Position numbers and translations under genes: made by a program. The notes beneath the pieces were generated by a model that saw only the letters and a program-made list of their open reading frames with translations, had not been told where the DNA came from and did not search any database. DNA of 64,000 nt from an uncultured Paenibacillaceae bacterium (lineage in GTDB: Bacteria; Bacillota; Bacilli; Paenibacillales; K13): positions 152,186 to 216,185 of the forward strand of contig CAJXLT010000006.1 of the NCBI GenBank assembly GCA_913056365.1. Reading direction: 5' to 3'. Position 1 is the first letter of the stretch. Every line of letters starts with the position of its first letter. Below, piece after piece: positions 28,801 to 35,783 of this stretch.

Positions 28801-31234
28801 CAAGCGAGTGAAGCTTGGCATCAAGACGATGGAGAAGGGCATAGGTGTACTCGATCTATGGAACCTCGCCAAGGGCGGCGTTGATTTCGACAACGACATG
28901 CAGAAGCTAACGGACTTGTTGGACAATGTAGAGGCGTGCGCAGGCAGCGTCCCGCCGGATATGCAGCAAGCCGTCGATGAGGCGACATTGGCACAGGTTG
29001 CCAAGGCAGCGGTGTCCAGCGGATTCTACGTAGGCGGAGCGTTGGCAGGCTCTACGGGCGTCGGACTAGTCGGTACCGCTGCGCTTACAGCGATTGGTCT
29101 TGCCAGTGATTTCGCCATGGATTACGCAGTGAATCAGAAGATGGAGGAAGCGGAGAAGGCAGCGTCGGATGCTATGGAGGAATCAGAGGATTGTGAGAAG
29201 CCCGATGAACCTGACGATCCCGACAAGCCAGAGGAACCGGATAATCCCGATCAACCGCATGATCCAGACATGCCAAAGGGATCGCCCGTAGCTGATCCGT
29301 CCTGGAAGATTGATCCAAGCGGCTATGTATATGAAGTGAGCGAGGACAATCGGATTGAAGGAGTGACCGCCACATTGCTGTTTAGTGATGTGGACAGTGT
29401 AGAAGAACCGGCTGATTCGACGTTCGAAGTGTGGGATGGCGAATGGTGGGGCGAAGAGAACCCGTTACTCTCTAATAGCGCCGGCTGGTATGGCTGGGAC
29501 GTGCCGCGTGGCTGGTGGCGCGTGATCTATGAGAAGGAAGGCTACGAGACGACTTACAGTCAGGATACGTACGGACCGATCGAAGTGCCTCCGCCGCACT
29601 TTGAAGTGAATGTACCGATGAAGTCCTATGAACCGCCACAGATAGAGCAGGTCGATGCGGCGCTTGACGGTGAAGCGGTAGAAGTGCAGTTCAACCGCCA
29701 CATCCGCATGGACAGCATCGGCGAGCATACGGCACAGCTATGGACAACAGGAGAAGAGCCGGAGCGAGTAGAAGGAGAATGGGTAGCTATTGACGCAGTA
29801 ACGAACCCTCACAATGACGCAGTGGAGGAGCAGGTAGCGCAGACTATTCAATTCGTCCCTGCTGAATCGCTCGTCATGGGAGACGAATATCGCTTGTTCA
29901 TCAGCGAGCTCGTTCAATCATATGCTGAAGTATCGCTAGTAGAGGAATATGATGCGCTCATTGTTGTGGAAGTGAAGCCAGAGGAATCGCCTGATCCAGA
30001 TGAAGGCGTTCCGAACGAAGGCGATCCGGGTGAAGAGCCGGGAGAAGGTGACCCGGGAGAAGGTGATCCGAACGAAGACGATCCGGGAGATGGTGATCCA
30101 GGGGACAGTGACCCGGGAGATAGTAATCCAGGCAGTGGCGGATCGGGGCCGATCTACCCGAATCCTGTCAATCCTAAGCCTTCTGCAGACGAACAGTCGG
30201 ATACAGAGCAGGTAGTAACCACGGAAGACGGCATCGTTAATCTGGACGATGGGCGGATTACGATCCATCTGCCAGATTGGTCCGACCAGCTCGATGTAAC
30301 GGCTATGAAGTGGCAAGTAGAACAAGTCGATCAACCTCAATCACTTCTGTCCGATGCGTTCACGCCGTTGAACTACAATATGAAGCTTCAACTGTGGGGA
30401 CAGCGGGATGAAGATGCCGAGTGGCAGCCGATCGACGTAATGCCGTCATCGGTAGTTATGGAGATTGATCTGTCTGCGTATGAGATTGAAGTGGCAAGTG
30501 CGGATAAGTCCAGCTTGTATCTATATGATGCTAGAAGCCGTTCCTGGCAGCACATGATGGGACGCTATGATGAAGAAAGCGGTACCCTTACCGTCATACT
30601 GGATCGAATAGGGACGTTCAGCTTGCTGGAAGCAGATGTATCCTTCGCCGATATTGACGGGCACTGGGCACAAGGGCCGATAGAACGGTTAGCTGGCTAT
30701 GGGATGATATCAGGCCGCAGCGACACGGCATTCGACCCGAACACCCCGATTAATCGGGCGGAATTCACAGCGCTTCTCGTCCGTATGCTCGATCTGAATA
30801 CAGATGGCGCGAATAGGAGCCAGTTCGACGATGTTGGCACGGAGCACTGGTTTGCCGAAGAAGTAGCGGCAGCGGTCAACAACGAGGTAATATTCGGCGT
30901 CACAGAGCATACATTCGAGCCGTTCCGTGCGATAACCCGTCAGGAAATGGCTACGATGATCGTGCGAACCTTGAATCAGCTTGGCATGAACACGCAATTA
31001 GAAGAAAGCGAAGGAACAGAAGCGATTGAGCGATTCTCAGATTACGATCAGCTTGCGGCTTGGGCCAAGGCAGACATGAGCTGGCTAGTGAATCAAGGAT
31101 TGGTCACAGGAAGAAGCGAGACGGCAATAGCACCGCGCGCGTCCTTGACCCGTGCAGAGGCAGCGATCATGCTGACGGGATTGCTTGACACCTGGTTGGA
31201 GCATCATATGAACGAGTCTGACCTTGGTCGGTAA
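22844..31234 (+). CDS. giant SLH surface protein (2796 aa; PD40/TolB-like beta-propeller repeats, FN3, CarboxypepD_reg-like domains, acidic Pro-rich linkers, 3 SLH)
   Basis: A signal peptide is present. Repeated S(A/G)DG..V(A/V)F.S.A.NL motifs are PD40-like (SADGQVIAFTS, SGDGNRVAFVSSSTNL, SADGRYVVYQSQATNL, SDDGRYVVFESMARNL). FN3-like SYRVTGLEPGRAYAF and TIGGLTEGQTYTFQV are present, and the C-terminus has three SLH motifs. Confidence 0.9.
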   Translation: MLHKRWTKPLVMVVIMSMMLSFVPLQVQQVQGEEGLNEAVTVQSAVYEDDELFDMPGLTGMMSEPNVLFAPYAHGVVLSWAYPQWSDYSWTLLRDDAQVSTGWAAGPSYYDNDVEPDTAYTYTLILTNAVTDEQVTVEREVQTLAAGEGIRTEMVSLDHTGSAVDKVSSEPSLSADGQVIAFTSEVETMVEDDTNVRADVFVRESDTGVIERISVASDGTEADYGGGQPSISGDGNRVAFVSSSTNLHAYPSSFANQIYIRHRDIGHTEIVTVGVDDSLGDYASNKPAMSADGRYVVYQSQATNLIAEDSGPASRMNIFLYDRVEQTTEWVSRAFAGGAPDGNSENPAISDDGRYVVFESMARNLVDGGSSDDKHIFVWEREAGEIQQVSKLPDGRELSVSLGDANNSKPDMSGDGKTVVFYTEHETYLGTTGPSLQLWDRDTGELQTVNYRSNLTSEAILPSAGIAAKISADGSRVLFASEDPYMTPPTNESNGLQLYLREMESGKVWHVSASSDGVPQEGSIIYGSPLSNWAINQDGTHVVFQSNANNLTDDRDSGNIQNVFLTVLEQAASPPSWPAGAQLEIADSGQTFVELSWGAAQGDVDRYWIYQDGLVIDESASTSYRVTGLEPGRAYAFAVAAEGGGELTSTLEVQAQTDDAVVGDAGLTVNVEEGGLAHLTWDQAADVEGYVGYRIERRVSGAEDWEERGDPVELDVTEVTDQELLGDTAYEYRIMLIPDDGPLQQHTRIVEVHTPALYADEFFWSLAEEPFRGYAAQGSSLTFIVTGEPQRSATVVVTYNSSFDDDGVLVEQLQEREVEVELAEDESGIYRGEWDIPAGAVQLHALHASITDGEHVAELPEQEIAVSVLGDLEVSLSAADGVAFTDIPDDARMRLWSEQVQSGSIVEVDEEGTYAFSNLLPADDYLLRLDRRSGGMPLDELDSLVVRSGLLNPHEGELELEYKGAPSIQLEVRAGSELGERLGDVAVSVTDADTGRLLGRVVTDANETVEVFRTWDSSSHAQAQRLQLRLAPTSTLGHQYAAIEQIVEIQPGEQLVSLVLHDTAPAVLQGRVLDASGEPIARQEVVATGIGYTSTAVTDEDGYYTLSVYAGEVEVSAVRRANAIQRDRSEVRELDVQAGESYTGIDLTLSATYRYSFAIGSIRYERADGTEQVYMNLGRSEAANLQFTIESDGMFPMRASREGVYPLERHLTLEQYTSGMTATACIDGRSMGFPPTCQEIEVDGSESQVYVDFVVELPADAGVLLANPLWPNGQEAYGEFQLFDYNEQLRARAYSDTNGLYMDVPEAGEYWLRSQSSYAADGQLANRKPHYINEHIFVGAGEIVDLGNLDYKAGGRFGFQSGNSLTAESSELLPGTSGRFRLDYANQGEGAVDNTEVEVHLPEGMSLVAGSVLLNQEAVAVHSTGSSFTIALGNVEADEAGVVHFQLEAAEDAASGIAPVPAVIRYEEDGASLEEWMGSLDVHIGTVSIIVPRTVHEPTLTVQGQAPADSRVRVMIDGIAAGEAQAAPNGYWKATVELSEQEEPYWFLVEAEATHDGERWEATPTEVLYEPSMPRLLQVDMRQRAEPEDIQFRDIPQELIPASTDWSSFRTEGGVARFARTMLAGLPFEFRLHFNEPTEVTNVTVHVEGPAGGTAQAYYDEEEQIWRALMPTERNASWVAGKIWVDFDHQYKTPSSLTRTMVSGDEARALIDEMPDWDDPRWMRLAPSDGSTEATEEEQLEQEDTTAEDSDDGEGALHVAMEDYYRADGDISGRVEVSVQTVESWVEPEQTAYRLLGNVVSGSGDVSAIGPIPEVDNAPPWNRLEVRITRPAEDEIGVIMRGEVDPSYFIDHNETAPEWHDEPELILSGTDASSVTLQWSPAQDDVWVESYEIQHMTAGGDMAALTVPADEQAATIGGLTEGQTYTFQVIAVDPGDMRTPGPEITVTVGDQSEVTTTAEQEQFAKRSAKLAEPKWKHEVRIAAEEGKRVKLGIKTMEKGIGVLDLWNLAKGGVDFDNDMQKLTDLLDNVEACAGSVPPDMQQAVDEATLAQVAKAAVSSGFYVGGALAGSTGVGLVGTAALTAIGLASDFAMDYAVNQKMEEAEKAASDAMEESEDCEKPDEPDDPDKPEEPDNPDQPHDPDMPKGSPVADPSWKIDPSGYVYEVSEDNRIEGVTATLLFSDVDSVEEPADSTFEVWDGEWWGEENPLLSNSAGWYGWDVPRGWWRVIYEKEGYETTYSQDTYGPIEVPPPHFEVNVPMKSYEPPQIEQVDAALDGEAVEVQFNRHIRMDSIGEHTAQLWTTGEEPERVEGEWVAIDAVTNPHNDAVEEQVAQTIQFVPAESLVMGDEYRLFISELVQSYAEVSLVEEYDALIVVEVKPEESPDPDEGVPNEGDPGEEPGEGDPGEGDPNEDDPGDGDPGDSDPGDSNPGSGGSGPIYPNPVNPKPSADEQSDTEQVVTTEDGIVNLDDGRITIHLPDWSDQLDVTAMKWQVEQVDQPQSLLSDAFTPLNYNMKLQLWGQRDEDAEWQPIDVMPSSVVMEIDLSAYEIEVASADKSSLYLYDARSRSWQHMMGRYDEESGTLTVILDRIGTFSLLEADVSFADIDGHWAQGPIERLAGYGMISGRSDTAFDPNTPINRAEFTALLVRMLDLNTDGANRSQFDDVGTEHWFAEEVAAAVNNEVIFGVTEHTFEPFRAITRQEMATMIVRTLNQLGMNTQLEESEGTEAIERFSDYDQLAAWAKADMSWLVNQGLVTGRSETAIAPRASLTRAEAAIMLTGLLDTWLEHHMNESDLGR
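29978..30150 (+). repeat. low-complexity acidic Gly-Asp-Pro tandem repeat (coding)
   Basis: GGTGA(C/T)CCGGGAGA units are reiterated, encoding EGDPGEEPGEGDPGEGDPNEDDPGDGDPGDSDPGDSNPG. Confidence 0.8.
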
Positions 31235-31391
31235 TCGAACATAGAGTAAATAATGACAGACATGTGGAAGCAGTTTTTCTGAGGGGGGAATCATACCTTG
31301 GAGAAGCTGCTTCTTCGCTTAGCGGTGAGCTCGTTATTGGAGGAGGTGACTGCTCTGGTTGTGGCTATGGGTCACTCAGCTTATGGCTGTA

Positions 31392-31400
31392 TGGTATAAT
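31392..31400 (+). promoter_or_regulatory. extended -10 promoter element TGGTATAAT
   Basis: Exact TGnTATAAT located 41 nt upstream of the ATG at 31441. Confidence 0.5.
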
Positions 31401-31440
31401 AACCGTTAATGGAAATAGGAAACACTGGGGGGCACTATAC

Positions 31441-32190
31441 ATGATCTACATCGAACATACACCTAATTATGCCGGAGTAGCTATATGTGGAGATTACATG
31501 GACTTGGACCATCTCTATAAGTCCTTGCATGAGGTGGTGGGGGATGAGGATGAATTCATCGATTTGAGCTCAGCTAGGCTAAGAGTTCTCGGTGTATGCT
31601 ATGATCTGCGTCATGCGCTTATGGGTGATCGGGAAATCAAGTTTGTCGATAACGGCATGGATCGAGAGAAGATGAAGGGGCTATCCGTGATGACCCCGGA
31701 GAAGAATGTCTATTATAAGGTAAATGTTCTATGGCCGGAGATCTTGTTCGTCACGATGGTCTTGAATCAATTCGCGCGCAGATATGCATATAAGAAGACA
31801 AAAAAGAACTTTGACGCCTTCACGAGTAAAGAGATCATATGGGACGATTCATTGGCGTGCGTGCGAATATTTCAATCCACCATCGCTTCATGCTTGAAAG
31901 CCATCGTTACGCCAGCCTCGTATAATCGCATCATGACAATAATGAAGAATGACTATACATCGTTCACGAGCTACACGTGGCAATATCTTGATGTCTTAAA
32001 TTGCAAGTTTATTGCAATGAATACAGAGAAGCGAGTGAAACAACTATCCGTCATGGTTAAGCGAATGACCGAATACGGCGATGAATACAAACGGATCAAA
32101 CGTCAAGTACATGCTGCTGCGAAGGAATTTGGCACACATGTGGATCATATTCAAGCACCTGTCGAGTATCCAGAGACGATTGATTGGTAG
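31441..32190 (+). CDS. hypothetical protein (249 aa)
   Basis: The ATG at 31441 follows a G-rich SD (GGGGGG) and lies downstream of the TGGTATAAT box. The ORF-track extension to 31264 lies upstream of that promoter. I recognised no motif. Confidence 0.6.
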   Translation: MIYIEHTPNYAGVAICGDYMDLDHLYKSLHEVVGDEDEFIDLSSARLRVLGVCYDLRHALMGDREIKFVDNGMDREKMKGLSVMTPEKNVYYKVNVLWPEILFVTMVLNQFARRYAYKKTKKNFDAFTSKEIIWDDSLACVRIFQSTIASCLKAIVTPASYNRIMTIMKNDYTSFTSYTWQYLDVLNCKFIAMNTEKRVKQLSVMVKRMTEYGDEYKRIKRQVHAAAKEFGTHVDHIQAPVEYPETIDW

Positions 32191-32254
32191 ACCTAGTGCG
32201 ATGCGGTGATCGCTATGGCTACCCAAATATGTTCTAACAAGACGGTCCATTTTG

Positions 32255-32431
32255 TCATTTCTTGCGGAACAGCCATTCGACGCCAACTAAAAACAATACA
32301 AATAAGACAAACATCGATATCGATTGTGAATACGTGATTTCCTTATTGATCGTTGGTGCGATCAGGGCTACTAGACCGACAATGACGATGCCGATGACCG
32401 ATAGTCTCCAACCAGATACATATTTTTTCAT
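32255..32431 (-). CDS. small two-TM membrane protein (58 aa), below the ORF-track size cut-off
   Basis: Hand translation of the minus strand gives MKKYVSGWRLSVIGIVIVGLVALIAPTINKEITYSQSISMFVLFVLFLVGVEWLFRKK. GGAGG (complement of 32437-32441) lies 5 nt before the ATG. Confidence 0.5.
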   Translation of the reverse strand: MKKYVSGWRLSVIGIVIVGLVALIAPTINKEITYSQSISMFVLFVLFLVGVEWLFRKK

Positions 32432-32675
32432 CATAACCTCCTGCAGTCACGGTTGCGTAGATGCTATTATCTATCAGCATTATAACATGTGTGTTCCTGT
32501 TACTACTGACCTGCTTGAAATCTGCTGCTTAGCACATGTTGCAATGGACACAAGTATGCAACAGTATCCGGGGCGGAGAAAAGTAGCGGTGGGGAGCGGA
32601 AAGAAAAGCGCTGGTGAGCGGGAATGTGTAGCGGGGGGAGTGGAAAGAATGACTGGAGGATTAGCTAGTTGAAAC

Positions 32676-32870
32676 TGTGACGGTCACTCGTGTCCATTAG
32701 AGCGAAAAAACACGAATTTTTGATTTTTAACGGTCGCCGATGACTGCTAGCGGCTAAAAACCGTCGTTTTGACCAGTCCATTCAGCGCTTACAGTCATCC
32801 GTGACCGTTACGTTGGCAAACACGCCTCATATGCCTTGTAACAGTCACCGATGACCGTTGAAATTACTTC
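32676..32870. repeat. cluster of four ~19-nt imperfect palindromic motifs (AACGGTCryCGrTGACTGy) in both orientations
   Basis: The four copies are GACGGTCACTCGTGTCC (32680), AACGGTCGCCGATGACTGC (32729), ACAGTCATCCGTGACCGTT (32791) and ACAGTCACCGATGACCGTT (32841). No ORF explains the region. Confidence 0.6.
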
Positions 32871-32910
32871 CAATCGTCTCAGTCGGCAGCAGCGTTGTCA
32901 TGAAGTGATT

Positions 32911-33822
32911 TCAAGTATAATTGTCCATCATTTGGCGCAGATAATTTCGAAATTCCTCCACATAGCATGCAGGCTCTACAAGCGTTAAATTCGTGCCGAA
33001 GCTAGCAATGAATTGAAATCCTGCCCTGTCACGAGGGACATGCATCGTTGCTAGTAGTAAGTCCGAGCTGTAGTTCTCCATGCTTGTTCGACCGTATCGC
33101 TCAATGAATTGATCCTTGATACTGGGCGCAATCAATGCCTTCACCTCGACAAGTTGCGGTTGACCACTTGGTTGGCGTTCTTGTTCGAAGCGATATTCCC
33201 GAGGGGTGAACGTTCGTTCATCCATCGCAAGATGATCGATCCGGGACAGCTTGAACGTTCTGAACTGCATACGATGCAAGCAGAATCCTACTACATACCA
33301 GCTCGATTCATTGAAGTGAAGCTGATAAGGCTCGACGACTCGATTCGTCACAGTCCCATTCTTGTCAATATAATCGAAGGTCAAGAGCTTCTTCTTCGCT
33401 ATCGATTGTTGGCAAGTTCGCAGCGTTGGAACAATCTCGGATCGACCTTCCCAATTATAGAATGACCAGTGAATCGAATGTTGTAGAGGCAATGGGGTAA
33501 CCATCGCTTCTATTTTTTTGACCGTCTGTTCTATGTCGGGACTGTCCAGGATGGCGCCCAATCCACCGAGCGCGGTTAGTATATTCTCTAAATCAGAGGT
33601 GCTTAACAGACGTTTGTCCACCTTGTATTCCTCCATAATCCCGTAGCCGCCATTCACCCCATGAATCGCATAGATCGGAATGTTGGATAAGCTCAGTGTC
33701 TCCATATCGCGTAGGATCGTTCTTTTGGATACTTGGAATAATTGCGCGAACTCCGTTGTCGCCACGATGTCCTTCTTCAGCAAGATCATAATGATCGAAA
33801 TCAATCTCTCAACTTTGTCCAT
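32911..33822 (-). CDS. YafY-family transcriptional regulator (HTH plus WYL domain)
   Basis: The N-terminal DeoR/HTH_11-like segment is ATTEFAQLFQVSKRTILRDMETL. The central and C-terminal regions are WYL-like (LLTFDYIDKNGTVTNRVVEPYQLHFNESSWYVVGFC). Confidence 0.85.
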   Translation of the reverse strand: MDKVERLISIIMILLKKDIVATTEFAQLFQVSKRTILRDMETLSLSNIPIYAIHGVNGGYGIMEEYKVDKRLLSTSDLENILTALGGLGAILDSPDIEQTVKKIEAMVTPLPLQHSIHWSFYNWEGRSEIVPTLRTCQQSIAKKKLLTFDYIDKNGTVTNRVVEPYQLHFNESSWYVVGFCLHRMQFRTFKLSRIDHLAMDERTFTPREYRFEQERQPSGQPQLVEVKALIAPSIKDQFIERYGRTSMENYSSDLLLATMHVPRDRAGFQFIASFGTNLTLVEPACYVEEFRNYLRQMMDNYT

Positions 33823-33863
33823 CGGTCACCCTCGTTTGTTTTCTTTCATTATATCTCAGAATA

Positions 33864-33881
33864 GTGACACTATGCTGTCAC
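33864..33881. promoter_or_regulatory. inverted repeat GTGACA-N6-TGTCAC in the divergent promoter region (candidate YafY operator)
   Basis: A perfect 6-bp dyad sits between the divergently transcribed regulator (33822) and the PhnB-like gene (33928). Confidence 0.4.
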
Positions 33882-33927
33882 CATTCATTCCGTATACTAC
33901 ATGTATCTGAAGAAGGAGGAATGGTAT

Positions 33928-34392
33928 ATGTCAGCGATAGCGTATTTGAACTTTGATGGGAATGCAGAACAAGCGATTGCATTTTATACGGAGGCTCTGC
34001 AGGCGACTGAAGTGAAGAAAGTGAAATTCAAGGATTTCCCGCAGGATCCCAACTATCCGTTGCCAGATAATGAGCTGCAGATGATCATGGAGGCTTCCAT
34101 AGAATTCGCAGGCGGGAGATTCATGATGTCGGATATCTTGCCTTCGATGAAGCGGGTAACCGGTGAGTGGGTGCAAGGAAATCATGTATGGATTAGTCTG
34201 GTCATGGAGGATGCACAACAGCTAGAGAAGTACTTTACCTGCTTGTCTGCCGGCGGCACCGTGATTATGCCGTTATCCGCTACTCCTTGGTCTTCGTGCT
34301 TCGGCATAGTGGTGGATCAGTTCGGGGTCACTTGGAAATGTAATCGCGACGCAGATAAGTTTCTGGATGAGGTAATAGCTAGCAAGAAGTAA
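33928..34392 (+). CDS. VOC/glyoxalase-superfamily protein, PhnB-like
   Basis: AYLNFDGNAEQAIAFY...ASIEFAGGRFMMSD...GVTWKC is the typical PhnB/3-demethylubiquinone-MT-like pattern. GAAGGAGGA lies upstream of the ATG at 33928. Confidence 0.7.
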   Translation: MSAIAYLNFDGNAEQAIAFYTEALQATEVKKVKFKDFPQDPNYPLPDNELQMIMEASIEFAGGRFMMSDILPSMKRVTGEWVQGNHVWISLVMEDAQQLEKYFTCLSAGGTVIMPLSATPWSSCFGIVVDQFGVTWKCNRDADKFLDEVIASKK

Positions 34393-34580
34393 TGGATGGA
34401 GAAAATGGGCCCAGGGAGCTATGTGCTCCGTGGGCTCTATGGCATGATCATAGGCGATTGCTAGACGGTGTCCATCTCAGCGATACGTAATTTTCCCCAC
34501 CGTATGATGTGGTAGACTTATATCATAATGCGTACTTGAGAATTCTAATCTAATATTTACAGAAACGGAATGAGTAGACG

Positions 34581-34892
34581 ATGCAGACAATAACCAAGTC
34601 CGATGTGGTTGATGCGATCCAGAACTTCATAGCGCAAGACGTCTATATCCACAGTGAAGCGACATCCTTCGTATTCGTCCGTAATGCTCGGATTCATCTC
34701 ACAGAGTGTGTGATTGCGGGAGAGGGACCGTATCGGGTTGGCATGCGATTCGATGGGCACGGCTGGCTTCGGATGGAAGGGCTCACCCATTATGAAGTCG
34801 ATCCCAATGGAAGGCTGCTGCTAGCAGGTTATGACGATCAGGGCCGGATGCATGTAGCCTTGGAGCTAGGAAAGGAGCCATTCCCAGAATGA
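34581..34892 (+). CDS. yojF: YojF-family protein (DUF1806)
   Basis: This ~100-aa protein sits immediately upstream of an LmbE-type deacetylase and overlaps it by ATGA, the same arrangement as yojF-yojG(bshB2) in Bacillus subtilis. Confidence 0.6.
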   Translation: MQTITKSDVVDAIQNFIAQDVYIHSEATSFVFVRNARIHLTECVIAGEGPYRVGMRFDGHGWLRMEGLTHYEVDPNGRLLLAGYDDQGRMHVALELGKEPFPE

Positions 34893-35593
34893 AACGCAAA
34901 CTATTAGCCGTATTCGCACATCCAGACGACGAGTCATTCATTTGTGGAGGAACCTTGGCGAAGTATGCGAGAGCGGGAGTCGAGATTACTCTGGTAAGTG
35001 CGACTAGGGGCGAGATGGGACGTCGAATGGGAAACCCGCCTTATGTGAACAGAGAGACCATGCCGGCCGTTCGGGAGAAGGAACTGCGGCAAGCATGTGT
35101 TGCATTGGGCATTCATCGTCTGATCTTCCTCGATATTCGCGACAAGACGGTTGAATTCATAGATCAGGAAAGTTTAACCGAACGAATTGCAGCTCTGATC
35201 CAGGAAGTGGATCCCGATGTGGTGCTCACCTTCCACGAGAAGCTGGGCGGGCATCCCGATCACTGTGCGATCGGACAAGCTGCGACGGCGGCGTTCCACC
35301 GGATGAGCCATCGAGGCTCCTTGTACTTCATCACCTTCGGAGATGCCATGGAACAGCCCGAGCAGTTTGGCTATACGAAGAATAACGTGGTCAAGATCGA
35401 TGTCCGCCATCAGCTGGAGGCCAAGCTGGCTGCCTTCCGCGCGCATCGCTGCCAGACGGAGATCGACGCATGGGTATGGAAGCCGGATCCTCAAGCGCTG
35501 GCGAAGTTCGGGCGGTATGAGTATTTCTTGGTTGGAGCTTCTGCAGCGCCGCGGCTTGAGCAAGATGATTTGTTTCAAAGTGCTGGTGAATGA
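34889..35593 (+). CDS. bshB2: bacillithiol biosynthesis deacetylase BshB2 (PIG-L/LmbE family)
   Basis: AVFAHPDDESF is the PIG-L zinc-binding motif, and HPDH is also present. Synteny with yojF supports the call. Confidence 0.7.
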   Translation: MKRKLLAVFAHPDDESFICGGTLAKYARAGVEITLVSATRGEMGRRMGNPPYVNRETMPAVREKELRQACVALGIHRLIFLDIRDKTVEFIDQESLTERIAALIQEVDPDVVLTFHEKLGGHPDHCAIGQAATAAFHRMSHRGSLYFITFGDAMEQPEQFGYTKNNVVKIDVRHQLEAKLAAFRAHRCQTEIDAWVWKPDPQALAKFGRYEYFLVGASAAPRLEQDDLFQSAGE

Positions 35594-35614
35594 TGATTGT
35601 ACCTTACACCCTAC

Positions 35615-35656
35615 ACAGCCCCTTGCTGATGGAAAGAAGCAGTAAGGGGCTGTTTG
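35615..35656 (+). terminator. rho-independent terminator after bshB2
   Basis: ACAGCCCCTT (35615-35624) pairs with AAGGGGCTGT (44-53 of the 356xx line) and is followed by a short T run. Confidence 0.6.
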
Positions 35657-35734
35657 CCGATGAAGTCAGCAACCAATTCGGGTATATGATCAATTTTATT
35701 TAATATTATGAATTGTAAACGCATTCATTGTACG

Positions 35735-35743
35735 TGGTATAAT
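35735..35743 (+). promoter_or_regulatory. extended -10 promoter element TGGTATAAT
   Basis: Exact TGnTATAAT located 41 nt upstream of the GTG at 35784. Confidence 0.5.
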
Positions 35744-35783
35744 AGGAATAAATGATGGAAGGGAGAAGTTCCCGATCTTTACC

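Noticed and set aside
23170-31294. Many short ORFs on both strands inside 22844-31234 (for example 27260-27781 minus, 28313-28774 minus, 29936-30340 minus).
   Set aside because: These are frame shadows in a GC-rich gene. They overlap a continuous 2796-codon frame that has clear domain content.
32233-32255. A ~24-nt match (TGTyCTAAsAAGACGGTCCATTTT) between 32233-32255 and the terminator at 57567-57591.
   Set aside because: It is only one arm of the hairpin, plus the T-run, of the 57.5 kb terminator. It is too short to distinguish chance or REP-like relics from anything functional, so I note it only as possibly related to the GACGGTC-containing repeats at 32.7 kb.
32262-32672. 136-aa plus-strand ORF in the gap after 32190.
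   Set aside because: It has no SD and an odd composition. Its 5' half is antisense to a much more convincing small membrane-protein gene, and its 3' half is a purine-rich repeat region.
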